Shown here in pieces: positions 34,886-45,900 of a stretch of 64,000 nt of DNA. The DNA is taken from contig CAVWTC010000015.1 in assembly GCA_963757645.1 (NCBI GenBank), positions 93,414-157,413 of the forward strand, in the 5' to 3' direction. Both the position numbers and the translations under genes were made by a program. This DNA is from an uncultured Actinomycetota bacterium (GTDB lineage: Bacteria; Actinomycetota; Actinomycetes; Mycobacteriales; Nakamurellaceae). The notes under the pieces are model-generated. The model worked only from the letters and a program-made list of their open reading frames with translations, ran no database searches and was not told where the DNA came from. Numbering within the stretch: the stretch's first letter is position 1; each line of letters starts with the position of its first letter.

Positions 34886-35686
34886 TCAGATTTCCTGCGC
34901 GTCCAGCCAGGACAGGCAGGACTCGGCGATTTCCCGCCACCCCGAGTCGATGGTCAGTGAGTGACCCCGATCGGCGAATTCGGCGATGTCGGTGACGGCG
35001 GTGGAATGGCGGTACTGCTTCAGGGTCGCCGTGGTGATGGCCTCCGGGACGGTGTGGTCCCGGCCGCCCATGACCAGCAGCAGTGGGCCCCGCTCGTTGT
35101 TGTCGGTGTGCACCTGCGCCGGCGAGTGCGGGCTGAAGTTGGCCGCCGCCGCCTCGAACAGGGGCCGCCCGGGTGCCGGGACCACCCAGGTGTCGTACAA
35201 CCGATCGGATTCCTCGCGGGTGATGGCGTTGCCGAAGGCGTAATGGAACTGATCCGCGGTCAACGACACGGTCCGGTGCTTGTTGGCCGGGTTCTTGAAC
35301 ACCGGCAGGGTCGCCCGCAATGACGACAGCGGCAGCGGGAGAACACCTTTGATCTGCGCGGCGTCGATCGCGATGCCGGCGGCCGCGTGATTGTCGCCGA
35401 TCAGCTTCTCGACGATGAGGCCGCCGAAGGAGTGCCCGATGAGCACGGGTGGTGCGGGGAGCCGGGCGATGATCTCGGCGTAGTGCGCGGTGACGTCGTC
35501 GATGCCCCGGTTCGCGAGCGCGTCGGGGTTGTTCCGGGCTTCCTGGACGGTGTCCGGTTCACCAGGCCAACCCGGCGCCGACGGCTGATAGCCGCGCTCC
35601 GCGAACAGTTCCTGCCATGGCTGCCAGGAGCTCGGATGCAGCCAGAGGCCGTGGATGAAGAGCACTGGTCGGTGGACGCCGGTCAT
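34886..35686 (-). CDS. Alpha/beta hydrolase (non-haem haloperoxidase-like)
   Basis: FIHGLWLH, GHSFGG, DHTVP, RGHSL; GAGGGAG RBS. Confidence 0.88.
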   Translation of the reverse strand: MTGVHRPVLFIHGLWLHPSSWQPWQELFAERGYQPSAPGWPGEPDTVQEARNNPDALANRGIDDVTAHYAEIIARLPAPPVLIGHSFGGLIVEKLIGDNHAAAGIAIDAAQIKGVLPLPLSSLRATLPVFKNPANKHRTVSLTADQFHYAFGNAITREESDRLYDTWVVPAPGRPLFEAAAANFSPHSPAQVHTDNNERGPLLLVMGGRDHTVPEAITTATLKQYRHSTAVTDIAEFADRGHSLTIDSGWREIAESCLSWLDAQEI

Positions 35687-35892
35687 GGATGTCTCCCTCG
35701 GGTGGGTGGTGGTGGCCGCACCGGTGAGCCGCAGCCCCGCTGGACGGCGCGATGGCGCCCGCCGGCCGAACCGGTGATTCATCGGCTGATCGCGGTCGAC
35801 GGGCCGGGGCTCGGCATGCGGGGCCGCCTGTGATGGTGGTCGACACACGCCCCCCGAGGCTTGGGTCGGATGACTGAATCCGCCGCGCCGTT

Positions 35893-38694
35893 TCAGAGGT
35901 CGGATCCGGCCGGGCTCATCTGCTGCAGCGCCCCGGCCAACTGGTGACGCGAGGTGATGTCCAGCTTGGGGAAGATCCGGTAGAGGTGGGATCCGACGGT
36001 GCGGTGAGACAGGAACAACCGCGCACCGATCTCCCGGTTGGTGAAGCCCTTGGCCGCGAGCTGGGCGATGTGCAATTCCTGTGGCGAGAGCACCGACGAC
36101 GCCGACGGTCGCTGATGTCTGCTGCCGCCGCCTGCCGCGGCCAGTTCCGCCGCCGCACGTTGCGCCCACGCGGGGGCGCCGAGATATTCGAACACCGTCA
36201 GCGCGTTGCCCAGCGGGCGCCGTGATTCCACGGCACGCCGCCGGCGGCGAAGTGACATACCGTGCGCCAGGTCAATTCTGGCGTCGAACCAGATCGACGA
36301 GCGACCCGGGGCCCGCCTGGCCCAGCTGATCCGTTCGTCGATCTCGGCGTCGTCGGCCAGGATCACCTGGGCCAACCGCAGCGAACGGTGGTAGCCCGGC
36401 GACGGCACCTGCGCGATCAGCGGTTCGATCTCGGCCAGCACCGACCGGGCGTGGTCGACGTGTCCACTCGCGGCTGCGGCTTCGGCGAACGAATCCACCA
36501 ACCACAGTCGCTCCACCGAATGGAAGGCCGGATCGCCCGGTTTCATGGTGCGGGCCAGGTGTTCGTATGCCGCCCCGGGTCGCCCGCGCCCGAGCTCGAT
36601 GATCCCGCGGACGTATTCCACGCCGCCCAGCACGGTTGGGCGGCCGGTGAGCACCGCCAGCCGTTCGGCGTCGACGATCAATTCCAAGGCTTGGTCAGTC
36701 CGCCCTCGACGGCCCTCGAGATCCGCTTGACCGAGTCGGGCATGCGCCGCCCACACCGGTTGCCGGGTTTCCACCGCCAACCGGTACGCCTCGTCGGCGG
36801 CGACGTACGCCTCGTCCCAGCGGCCCACGAGCAACGCCGCCCACGCCCGGGTCACCTGAACCTGCGCGACCACCGACAGCCGTCCCTGCGCCCGCAGCAG
36901 GTCGATGGCGCGGTCGCCGAACACCAGGGTCCGGTCGAAGTCGGCGAGATTGAACGCCGCGCCGGCCAGCGCCGCAGCCGATCCGGGATCCCCGGGTGGA
37001 TCGGTCACCCAGCGAGCCAATTCCGCCAGCACCGCACCGCCCCGCGGCAGCGCGCCGGCGAAGGCGTCGATCGCCAGCAGTCGGGGATCGGCCGGATCCA
37101 CGGCCAGGCTCCCGGCGGTCTGCACGACGGGCCGACCCTCGTCCCGCATATCCGCCCACCAGCAGCGGCGTGCGGCACCGGACAGCAACAGCAGCGCGAG
37201 GTCGGTGTTCCCGGCGTCCCGCGCTCGGAGCGCACCATCGACGAGGGTTCGAACGCCGTCCAGATCGCCAGGGGCTCCGTCGTCGAAAACCCCTTCCAGC
37301 CAGGCCAACCGATCCGCCTCGGGGCGGTCCAGCACCTGTCGGCGAACGTCGGTCAGCAGCCGGTGCACCTCTGCGGGCCGGCCGACCTCGTAGGCCGCTT
37401 CCGCGGCCTTCAGCAACCGTCGTTGCCGGCCCGGGCGGTCCGCGGACAGTGCGGCGGCGCGTTCCAGCCACCGCTGCGCGGCTGCCGGCGATCCGCGCGC
37501 GGAGGAGCGCTCCGCCGCTGCCTCCAGTTCCTCGGCGACCCGGTCGTCGGGGCCGCGCACCGCCCAGGACAGATGCCAGGCATAGCGGTCGTCATCGAAC
37601 GGCCGAACGGCCTCCGCCCAGGCGCGGTGCGCCGCGCGCAACAGATCGGGCGAGACGGCCTGTCGGATGGCCGACCGCACCAGCGGATGCCGGAACGACA
37701 CGACCTCTCCGCGCACCGTCGCCAGGCCGGCCCTTTCGGCGGCGCCCAGTACATCAGCGGAAAGCTTTGTTCCGCAGATGCTCTCGCCGACCGGCCAGGC
37801 GTCGGCCGGCACACCGCCGTCCTGGACCGCTACCGCGACCAGTAGGGCACTCGCCGGCCGGGTCAACTGCTCCAGCTGCCCGGCAAATGCCCGTTCCAAC
37901 GCCGCCGGCAGCGACGCATCGTCTCCAGGGGCGGGTTCGGACTGCGGAGCCCGCGGCAGCTCCAGCAGCGCCAGCGGATTACCGACCGCCAACTGCAGCG
38001 CCCGGTCGATCGCCAGGTCGGTCAATCCCGGGTGAGCGGTCGTCAGCAGCAGCCGAGATGCTTCGTGGCTCAGCGGGTTCAGACTCAGTTCGGCGATCAT
38101 CGGGTCGGCCCCGCCGGTCGGGACCGGTTCCCGGGTGGCCAGCACGACCGCCATCCTTTCCCCGTCCGCTCGGCGGGCGATGAAGGAATGGACGTCCACG
38201 CTGGCTTCGTCCATCCAGTGCAGGTCATCGGCGACGATCACCAGGCACCGATCGGATGCCCACTCGGTCAGCAGGTCCAGGACCGCCAGGGCGATGACGA
38301 ACGGGGCCGGCGGCGGTGCCACGGACGACAGTCCGAAGACCTGATCCAGGGCGACCCGCTGCTGCTCGGCCAGCCCTGCCGCTGCGCCGAGCGCCGGTCG
38401 CAGCAGCCGATACAGGGCCGCATACGGCAGGTGCTGTTCCGCTGCGGAACCGGTCGTCCTCAGCACTGCGTGCCCGAGTCCCGCGGCATGGGCTGCGGCC
38501 GCGGCGAGCAGCGCCGACTTGCCGATGCCCGGGTCACCGCGAACGAGCAGCGACCCCCCGGCGTGCTCCATCGCCTCGACGAGCGCGCGGATGCGTGCGA
38601 GTTCGGCGTCGCGGCCGAACAATGCATCACTGCCCGGCTCGGAAATCCCCCGCGCGCTCACTGCTGGCTGCCCGGGGCCCGCCGAACTCTGCAC
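35893..38694 (-). CDS. LAL-type (AAA ATPase + LuxR HTH) transcriptional regulator
   Basis: GDPGIGKS Walker A, DDLHW, GNPLAL, FRHPL, C-terminal HTH LSPQE...SHLYRIFPKL. Start position uncertain. Confidence 0.92.
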   Translation of the reverse strand: MQSSAGPGQPAVSARGISEPGSDALFGRDAELARIRALVEAMEHAGGSLLVRGDPGIGKSALLAAAAAHAAGLGHAVLRTTGSAAEQHLPYAALYRLLRPALGAAAGLAEQQRVALDQVFGLSSVAPPPAPFVIALAVLDLLTEWASDRCLVIVADDLHWMDEASVDVHSFIARRADGERMAVVLATREPVPTGGADPMIAELSLNPLSHEASRLLLTTAHPGLTDLAIDRALQLAVGNPLALLELPRAPQSEPAPGDDASLPAALERAFAGQLEQLTRPASALLVAVAVQDGGVPADAWPVGESICGTKLSADVLGAAERAGLATVRGEVVSFRHPLVRSAIRQAVSPDLLRAAHRAWAEAVRPFDDDRYAWHLSWAVRGPDDRVAEELEAAAERSSARGSPAAAQRWLERAAALSADRPGRQRRLLKAAEAAYEVGRPAEVHRLLTDVRRQVLDRPEADRLAWLEGVFDDGAPGDLDGVRTLVDGALRARDAGNTDLALLLLSGAARRCWWADMRDEGRPVVQTAGSLAVDPADPRLLAIDAFAGALPRGGAVLAELARWVTDPPGDPGSAAALAGAAFNLADFDRTLVFGDRAIDLLRAQGRLSVVAQVQVTRAWAALLVGRWDEAYVAADEAYRLAVETRQPVWAAHARLGQADLEGRRGRTDQALELIVDAERLAVLTGRPTVLGGVEYVRGIIELGRGRPGAAYEHLARTMKPGDPAFHSVERLWLVDSFAEAAAASGHVDHARSVLAEIEPLIAQVPSPGYHRSLRLAQVILADDAEIDERISWARRAPGRSSIWFDARIDLAHGMSLRRRRRAVESRRPLGNALTVFEYLGAPAWAQRAAAELAAAGGGSRHQRPSASSVLSPQELHIAQLAAKGFTNREIGARLFLSHRTVGSHLYRIFPKLDITSRHQLAGALQQMSPAGSDL

Positions 38695-38791
38695 CTGCTG
38701 ATCTTGCCACCGCCGGAACGCCGTCCGGCGGGCAATCAACAAAGCGCGACCCGGTCCGGACACCGGGGTGAGGGCGGTGACCTCCCCGGCC

Positions 38792-39223
38792 CTACCCTCG
38801 AGGCCAGGCCTGGAACATCCCAACCGCGAGAAGTCCTGTCGCGGCCAGTGTTCGCACCAGATCGGCGCGCAGCAGCGCTCGATGGGCGTCGGCACTCCAT
38901 CCGGCGGACAACCTGCGGTGCAGCGGCACGGCAACAACCGCCGTGACGCCCACCACGACGGCCGCCAGCACCGTGGCCACCACGGCCACCCACACCCCGA
39001 CACCCTGCGGCCGTCCCACGACGAGCCCGCCGGTGCCGATGACCAGCGCCGCGAAAAGGGGGCCGACGACGATGCTGATCCGACCTTGATGCCGACGTTC
39101 GTACTCGACGAAGGCCGCGGGCGGTACGAGCGCGAACTGCGGATACACCACGACATGGACCGTCCATTGGAACCCGGCGTACGCCGCCGTCGAGAGCAGG
39201 AACAGCGCGGACGTCAATGGCAT
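38792..39223 (-). CDS. Small membrane protein (anthrone-oxygenase/DUF1772-like)
   Basis: FQWTVHVVVYP, H..RI, VPLH, D..RT; about 4 TM segments. Confidence 0.65.
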   Translation of the reverse strand: MPLTSALFLLSTAAYAGFQWTVHVVVYPQFALVPPAAFVEYERRHQGRISIVVGPLFAALVIGTGGLVVGRPQGVGVWVAVVATVLAAVVVGVTAVVAVPLHRRLSAGWSADAHRALLRADLVRTLAATGLLAVGMFQAWPRG

Positions 39224-39341
39224 GACGTCATCATGTCCCCGTGCGCCGGACCGGCCGTGATCGCAGGCACCTGTTGTATCGGCGACAAGCGCGACACAGG
39301 CCAAGTCGCGCGGCACTGGCGTCAGGAGTCGCCGAACCTGC

Positions 39342-39923
39342 TCAATGCAGCGCGGGCCGGTAGATGAGCTCCTGGATGTGGCCGTCCAGCGTGCGGTGAT
39401 CGATCAACTCGAGGTCGAAATCGGCGGCGTCCATGAAGACCGGATCCCGGCCGGTCCGACCACTGATGACCGGGAACAGCGTCACCTGGACGCGGTCGAC
39501 CAGGCCGGCGGCCATCAGTGATCGGTTCATCGACAGGCTGCCGTGCGAGCGCAACGGCACGGTGGATCCCGATTTCAATCCAGCGACGACAGCCACCGCG
39601 TCACCCTTCGCCAGTGTCGCGTCCGGCCAGTCGAGCGGTCCTTCCAGCGTCGCCGACACCACAGTGGTCGGGAGGCTTCTCATCCGCGCATTCACCGGGT
39701 CGATCTCACCGAGCTCTCCGGTTCTCGGACCCATCAGCTGGACGAATTGCCGGAACGTGGTGGCCCCGAGCACCATCCGCTGCTCTTCGCCGTACAACTC
39801 CAGACGACGCTGGAGAAACTCGGGGCCGTGCTTACCCCAATAACCGCCCCAGTCCCCTTTCTCGTCGTACGAACCGAAACCGTCAAGGGTGCAGAAGACG
39901 TCGAAGGTGTACAGGGCGGTCAT
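39342..39923 (-). CDS. Dihydrofolate reductase/RibD C-terminal family protein
   Basis: TLDGFG, LGATTF, SHGSLSM, GLVDRVQVTLFPVISG. Confidence 0.88.
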   Translation of the reverse strand: MTALYTFDVFCTLDGFGSYDEKGDWGGYWGKHGPEFLQRRLELYGEEQRMVLGATTFRQFVQLMGPRTGELGEIDPVNARMRSLPTTVVSATLEGPLDWPDATLAKGDAVAVVAGLKSGSTVPLRSHGSLSMNRSLMAAGLVDRVQVTLFPVISGRTGRDPVFMDAADFDLELIDHRTLDGHIQELIYRPALH

Positions 39924-40057
39924 GACACTCCCTCGCGAACTGGGGTCAATCAAACTGACCAGGTGAATCAACCTGCCGTACAGACCGGTAATGACCGCGA
40001 AGTTCATCGCCGGGTGGTCGGTCCGGCAGCCGTCGCCAACGCCTGCGGTCGGTACAG

Positions 40058-41385
40058 CTAGCCGGTCCGCGCCTCGCGCAAGCCCTCCTGATCCAGGACA
40101 CGCACGGTGTGTCGGTACCCGACCACCTCGTGGCCGACCACTTCGACGACGGCGGCCAGGGCGATCAGTCCGACAACAGTCGCGAGGATCGTCAGGTCCG
40201 CGGAGTTGTCCAGATCAATGGGTTCGGTGCCGCCGGCGAAGGCCGCAACGGCGACCGCCGCCAGCAGCGGGACGAGGGTGAGGACGAACAGGGGCACGTG
40301 GGTCAGATCGTAGGTCTTCATCAGCACGCTCCAGGTCACGAAGATCATCACGACCAGCGCACCTACCGGAATGGCCAGTGCAAGCGCGATCTGGAAGACG
40401 GACAGCTCCCGTTCGGCCACCGCGGTCGCCGCGACCCGCAGGCCGGCGCCGACCGCGGCGATAGCGCCGAAGATCGGCAGGTGTGCGTATCGCCAGGCGA
40501 AGGTGCGCTCGGGCCAGCGCTCGAGAGTGGTGCGGGAGGGAATGAGGAAGTACGCCCACCAGAAACCTGCCGCGAGCACGATTCCCGAGGCGGTGATCAC
40601 CACGGCAGCCGAACTCCAGCCGACCTCGGCGGTCAGTGCCGACACCGCACTGACCGTGGCAGCGATCACCTCCCCGAGCACGATCAGGGTGAGCAGACTG
40701 AATCGCTCGGCGATGTGGCCGGCGTTCCAGGGAGGCTTCCCCAGTCGCCGCTCCTGCAAGACGGGCAAGATCATCTCGGTGGCCGCCAGCAATACGAGCG
40801 TCGCGACGGTGAGGGTCACCGACAAGCCCGCGATCGCCGAGAGGATCCACGTGGCCTGCGCGGCCGAGATCGTGACGGCGTAGGTGATGTCGATCCGCCG
40901 GTGGGCGGGGTCCTGCCTGGCGGCGCGCAGCCACAGCCCGATCAGCGGCACGCGCATGACGACATAGCCGACGACCATCAACGTGTTGTTGGGACTCTCG
41001 ACATGTGCCGCCGCCTCGAAGCTCACCGGCAGGCCGAAAGTGAGGATGATGACGCCGATCATCTGCACGAGTGTCGCCACCGGAACAGCGCGTCGTCGTT
41101 GCCGTACGCGGAGGCGAACCAGGTGAAGTTCATCCAGGCCCAGGTCACGGCGAAGATGGCGAAGGCGTACGCGCCCAGCGCCGGCCAGACATGCCCCTGG
41201 CTGACCCCGTGTGCGAGTTCCTCGGCGGCCGCCGCAAAAGCAATGACGTAGGTGAGGTCGTAGAGCAGCTCTATCGGGGTTGCCGACCGGCCCCGCTCTG
41301 CCGGATCCCGGCCGGACATCGGTCTGAGCCGATGGTGCAGATCGGTCTTCAGCAATGACCGCAGGGTGGCTGATTCGTACGCCAT
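40058..41385 (-). pseudogene. Low temperature requirement protein A (LtrA) with a single frameshift at about 41080
   Basis: ELLYDL, WAWMNFTWFASAY, HIAERFSLLTLIVLGE. The frames join if one G is restored (FRVATL). Confidence 0.8.
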
Positions 41386-41486
41386 GCGCATCAGTACACC
41401 CGATCCCGCAACACTCGGCCACTGTCAACCCACGACATCGCAAGGAGGCGCAGTCGTGTCGCAGACGTCGGCGGCGATCCGTGGTT

Positions 41487-41786
41487 TCAGGACAGCGACT
41501 GCCGCGTGGGACCGTGTGTGGGAGGAGCGGGTTCGACTGCCGCGATCAGCGCTTCGATGGAGACGTTCTCCTCGCCCTGGTGCACTGCCCATTCCGGGCG
41601 GTAGTCCGGGTGATCGGCAAAGGGCTGGGCCTCCCGTCGCAACGCGGCCTCGACCGTGGGCGGGTCGTCCTGTTCCTGATAGGCGCCGACCAGGACGAAG
41701 ATCGACAGGCGCTGCTTCTCGGACAGCCCCGCATCCTCTGTTCGGTGCATCAGGAACGCGGCGAGGTCGTCCAGGGTGTCACTCAT
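41487..41786 (-). CDS. Hypothetical protein (DUF6221-like)
   Basis: LAAFL..R..ED and PFADHPDYRPEW motifs; GGAG RBS. Confidence 0.6.
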   Translation of the reverse strand: MSDTLDDLAAFLMHRTEDAGLSEKQRLSIFVLVGAYQEQDDPPTVEAALRREAQPFADHPDYRPEWAVHQGEENVSIEALIAAVEPAPPTHGPTRQSLS

Positions 41787-41877
41787 CTCGGCTCCATCAT
41801 CTCGCGTTGGCGATCTTCCGGTCACCGGGGCACCCGGGCTGTTGCCGGGTGCCCCGGCGGTGCATCGACCCGAAGGA

Positions 41878-42711
41878 TCAGCCGGTGAGGAAGGTCAGCA
41901 GGTCCTTGTTGAACTCCTGCTCATGCGCTCCGGTCAACCCGTGGGGGCCACCCGGATAGATCTTCAAGGTCGCGTTCGGCACGATCTTCGACGACTTGAG
42001 AGCCGCGGCCCCGATGGGGACGATCTGATCGTCGTCCCCGTGCAGGATCAGCGTCGGAACGTCGATCTTCTTCAGGTCTTCGGTGAGATCCGTTTCCGAG
42101 AAGGCCTTCACGCAGTCGTAGGCGCCCTTGATGCCGACAGTCATCGACATCAGCCAGAACGCATCCCTGGCGCCTTGCGAGACGGTGGACCCGTCCCGGT
42201 TGGCACCGTAGAACGGGTACGCCAGGTCGCGGTAGTACTGCGACCGATCGGTCAGCACACCGTTGCGGATCTCGTCGAACGGTGCGATGGGCAGACCTTC
42301 GGGATTGCCGTCGGTCTTGAGCATCAGCGGCGGGATGGCGCTGAGCAGGACCACCTTCGCCACCCGCGCCGTTCCGTGCCGGCCGATGTAGCGGGTGACT
42401 TCGCCACCACCTGTGGAGTGACCCACCAGCACAACGTCTTTGAGGTCGAGCGACTCGAGAACCGCGGCCAGGTCGTCGGCGTAGTGATCCAGGTCGTTGC
42501 CACCCCACGGTTGGCTGGACCTGCCGCCGCCCCGACGGTCGTGGGCGATCGCGCGGAAGCCGTGGGAAGCCACGAAGTTCGCCGGACCGTCCCAGACGTC
42601 CGCGGTGAGCGGCCAACCGTGACTGAAGACCACGGGTTGCCCGCTTCCCCAATCCTTGTAGAAGATGTCGATGTCGTGGCCGCTCTCCTGGCCGACGGTG
42701 ACCTTTGGCAT
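41878..42711 (-). CDS. cpo: Non-haem chloroperoxidase/perhydrolase (alpha/beta hydrolase)
   Basis: [35 protein letters not shown]. Confidence 0.9.
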   Translation of the reverse strand: MPKVTVGQESGHDIDIFYKDWGSGQPVVFSHGWPLTADVWDGPANFVASHGFRAIAHDRRGGGRSSQPWGGNDLDHYADDLAAVLESLDLKDVVLVGHSTGGGEVTRYIGRHGTARVAKVVLLSAIPPLMLKTDGNPEGLPIAPFDEIRNGVLTDRSQYYRDLAYPFYGANRDGSTVSQGARDAFWLMSMTVGIKGAYDCVKAFSETDLTEDLKKIDVPTLILHGDDDQIVPIGAAALKSSKIVPNATLKIYPGGPHGLTGAHEQEFNKDLLTFLTG

Positions 42712-42972
42712 TCTGCTGCCTTTCTGCTGCGGGCCCCCAAGGGGGCTTCGGGTAGGTTGCCGGCAACGGCCGGCACGGTGCGACGGGGTCGCTGATGCCT
42801 GTCCGGGAGTTCGTCGAACTGGCCGTGGATCGCCTGTGCTGCAATTCATCTGGCCGCTCCGAACAGGTGCTCTGGGAGAAATACTCGCAAGCCGAAGAAC
42901 CGAGCACCAGACCTGCTGGCCCGACGCTGATGTCGGGCTGTCTGGAGGCCACCCTCCGGGCAGCCCTACCCT

Positions 42973-45900
42973 TCAGGACGTGCGCACATCCGCGGATCGC
43001 TCCTGGAGCGGCAGGGTGGCACGCACCACGGTGCCGGCGCCGGGTCTGCTGGTGACGGTCAGGGTGCCGTTGGCGGCCTCTACGCGGTCGAGCAGTCCGG
43101 TCAGACCGGTACCGTCCCGCGCGTCCGCGCCTCCCCGGCCGTCGTCGCGGACCTCGATGACCAGAGTTGTTCCTCGAACGGTGATGTCGACCGTCGCACG
43201 GTTGGCGTGGGCGTGCTTCACCACGTTCGTGATCGCCTCGGCGACGATGAAGTAGGCGGTCGTCTCGATGGGTGGCGACAGCCGTGGGGCGCTGACCCGG
43301 AGCTCGACCGGCAGGGCGAGGTCGACCAGCAGTGAATCCAGGCCGCTGCGGAGCCCGCCGCGGGTCAATGCCGCCGGGAGGATGCCTCGGACGATGTCGC
43401 GCAGCTCCCGGCTCGCTCGTTCCGCATTCGTCAAGGCCTCGTCCAACAGATCGGCGGGCACCACACCGGCCTGTGCAGCGTCCCGCGCCATCTTCAGCAC
43501 GATGATCGTGTGAACGAGTCGTTGCTGGGCGCCGTCGTGAACGTCGCGCTGCACCCGTCGACGGGTCTCGTCGGCAGTCGCGATGACCCGGGCGCGGGAC
43601 GCGGTGAGTTTCGACTTGTTCTCCGCATTGAGGATGGCAACGGCGGTCAGCTCCGCAAAGGGGGTCAGCCGTTCGTCGCTTCCGGGCGGCAACAGTGCAC
43701 TCGGGGCGGCGACCGCAAGTACGCCCCACACCTGCCCCTCGACGGTCACCGGCACAGCGACGGCTCCGACCTCGGTACCCGCCGCGAAACCGGCCAGCAC
43801 CACAGCTCGCTCGATTGCGCTGAGGTCGCCGAGCGGGTCGTGCGGCACCGGTAGGTGAGACCCGACCGGCGTCAGGCCGCCCCCGGCCATCACGACCGCG
43901 ACATCTTGCTGCTCCTCCTCGTACCGCAGCACGGACGTCGCCACGTTCCCCAGCAGTGACGAGGTCTCGGCGGCCACGGCGTCGAAGATCTGTTGCAGAG
44001 GTGCGCTCCGGGCGACGAGCTCCGCCACCCGGCGTACCGCCGCCTGTTCGTCGGCCAGCAGCCTGAGTTCGTGACGCGCGTGGGCGGCGGAGATGGCCGT
44101 TGCAGCCAGTTCCGCGAAGTTGGACAGGTGCTCCTCGACGGGCGGTGGCACTGGGCCGCCGCGTCCACACACGATCAGCGCACCCCACAGCCTGCCGTGA
44201 ATGACGATCGGCACCCCGGCACTGGCCTTGAACCCACGCTGGTGGGCCAGCCGCGGCCAGAGGCCGGACATCTTGCCGAGGTCGTCGACCCGCGCCGCCC
44301 GTCTGGTGTCCCAGACCCGCAGCACCGCACTGTCACCGGTGCCCGGCGCGCGCATGCCGACAGCGAAGTTGTCGGGAGCTCCGTTGAGCGCAACGACGCG
44401 GTTGGCACCGAGTCTCTCGTACTGCAGCACCATTCCGAACTCCACGCCGGCCAGACTCGAGGCCTCGACGGCGACCGCATGCAGCACCTGCTCTGTCGGT
44501 GCGTCCTGAGCGGCCAGCTCCGCGATGCGCCGCAGCGCAACCTGTTCGGCGGCAAATTCTGTGAGTCGACCTCGTGCCTCCGCGTTTGCCACGGCCGCCG
44601 CCATGAGGCCACCGAACTGCTGCAGGCTCTGCTCCGCCGTCGTCAACACCCGACGGCCGGCGGCATGAGCGCTCAGCACTCCCCACAACCGGTCCCCCAC
44701 GATGATCGGTACGCCAACGCCGGAAGTGAGGCCACGAAGGTGGTAATGGTCGGGTGGTTCAGCTTGTCCCGAAGCATCTTCGGGCTCGGTGAAACGCTCC
44801 GCCCGCGCCGGACGGCGGGTACGCAGAATTTGGGACACCAGCCCGTCGTCGTCCGGTGCGAAATCGACGTGGGTGCCGACCGCTGGGACGGTTGCGTGCG
44901 AAGGGAGAGCTGCGGCGTCGCCGCCACTCCCGACGACCTCGTAGGAACGCGATTGATGGAACCGGATCAACGTGACGGCCTCGTCGATGATCCCCGCCGC
45001 CTCGACGCACACGGCGTCATAGATCTGTTCTTCCCTGGCACCTCTGGCAATGACTTCGGCCACCCGCCGCAGCGCGACCTGTTTGTCCGCCAGAGCGCGA
45101 AGCTCGGCACGCGCCTGCGCACCGGCAACGGCCGTCGCAACGGTTCCGGCGAATTGGCTCATCCGACTCTCGACATCCGCCGGTAACGGCCCGTCCATCG
45201 ACGTTGCGGCCAACATGCCCCACAGCTGACCATCGACCGAAATCGGTACGCCGGCGGATGCGTGGAGATTGGCGATCTCCTTGGCGAAATGATTTCCCGG
45301 CGCTTCCCGATAGTTGTCGATCCGCGCGGGCCGGCCTGTGCGCATGACCTGAGCCGCGACACTGTCGGGATCGATGACGAGCCTTTCCCCACTTGCCGCA
45401 ATGCCCGCGCCACTGAACGCAAGGACGTCGGCCACCTGGTCGTCGACAAATCTCATCAGCGTGGTCAATTGACCGTTCAGAACAGCCGACGCCGATCGGA
45501 CGACGGCGGCGAACACCTCGACCGGGTCCGCTCCGCCCGCTGCGATCTCGGCGACCCGGAGCAGTTCCGATTTCTCCCGGGCCCGTTCCCGCAACTCATC
45601 ATTGGCCCGGGCATTCGACAGCGTTGTGGATACCATTTGGGTGAAAGCGGTGATGCTGTCTTCGATGTCCTCCGCGAACGGCTCGTCGCGAGCGGAACCC
45701 AGCAGGCTGGCACCCCAGACCTCGCCGTGCAGCAGAATCGGCACGCCAACGCACCACCGGAGTTCCATTCCGCCGTCCGCGTCGGCGACAGCCCCGTCCA
45801 GGGGCCAGCCGCCGGCACCGAACCGCAGGGCACGACCGCTGTCGCGCACCGCGCGGATGTCGTCATTGAGCACGAGTCGACGGCCGAGCGCGGCGGGGGC

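Noticed and set aside
35861-35880. CAGTCATCCGACCC near-palindrome as a LAL operator
   Set aside because: Single degenerate copy; insufficient support.
38695-39156. N-terminal extension of the LAL regulator ORF
   Set aside because: It overlaps the membrane-protein gene in another frame; the real start is probably near 38694.
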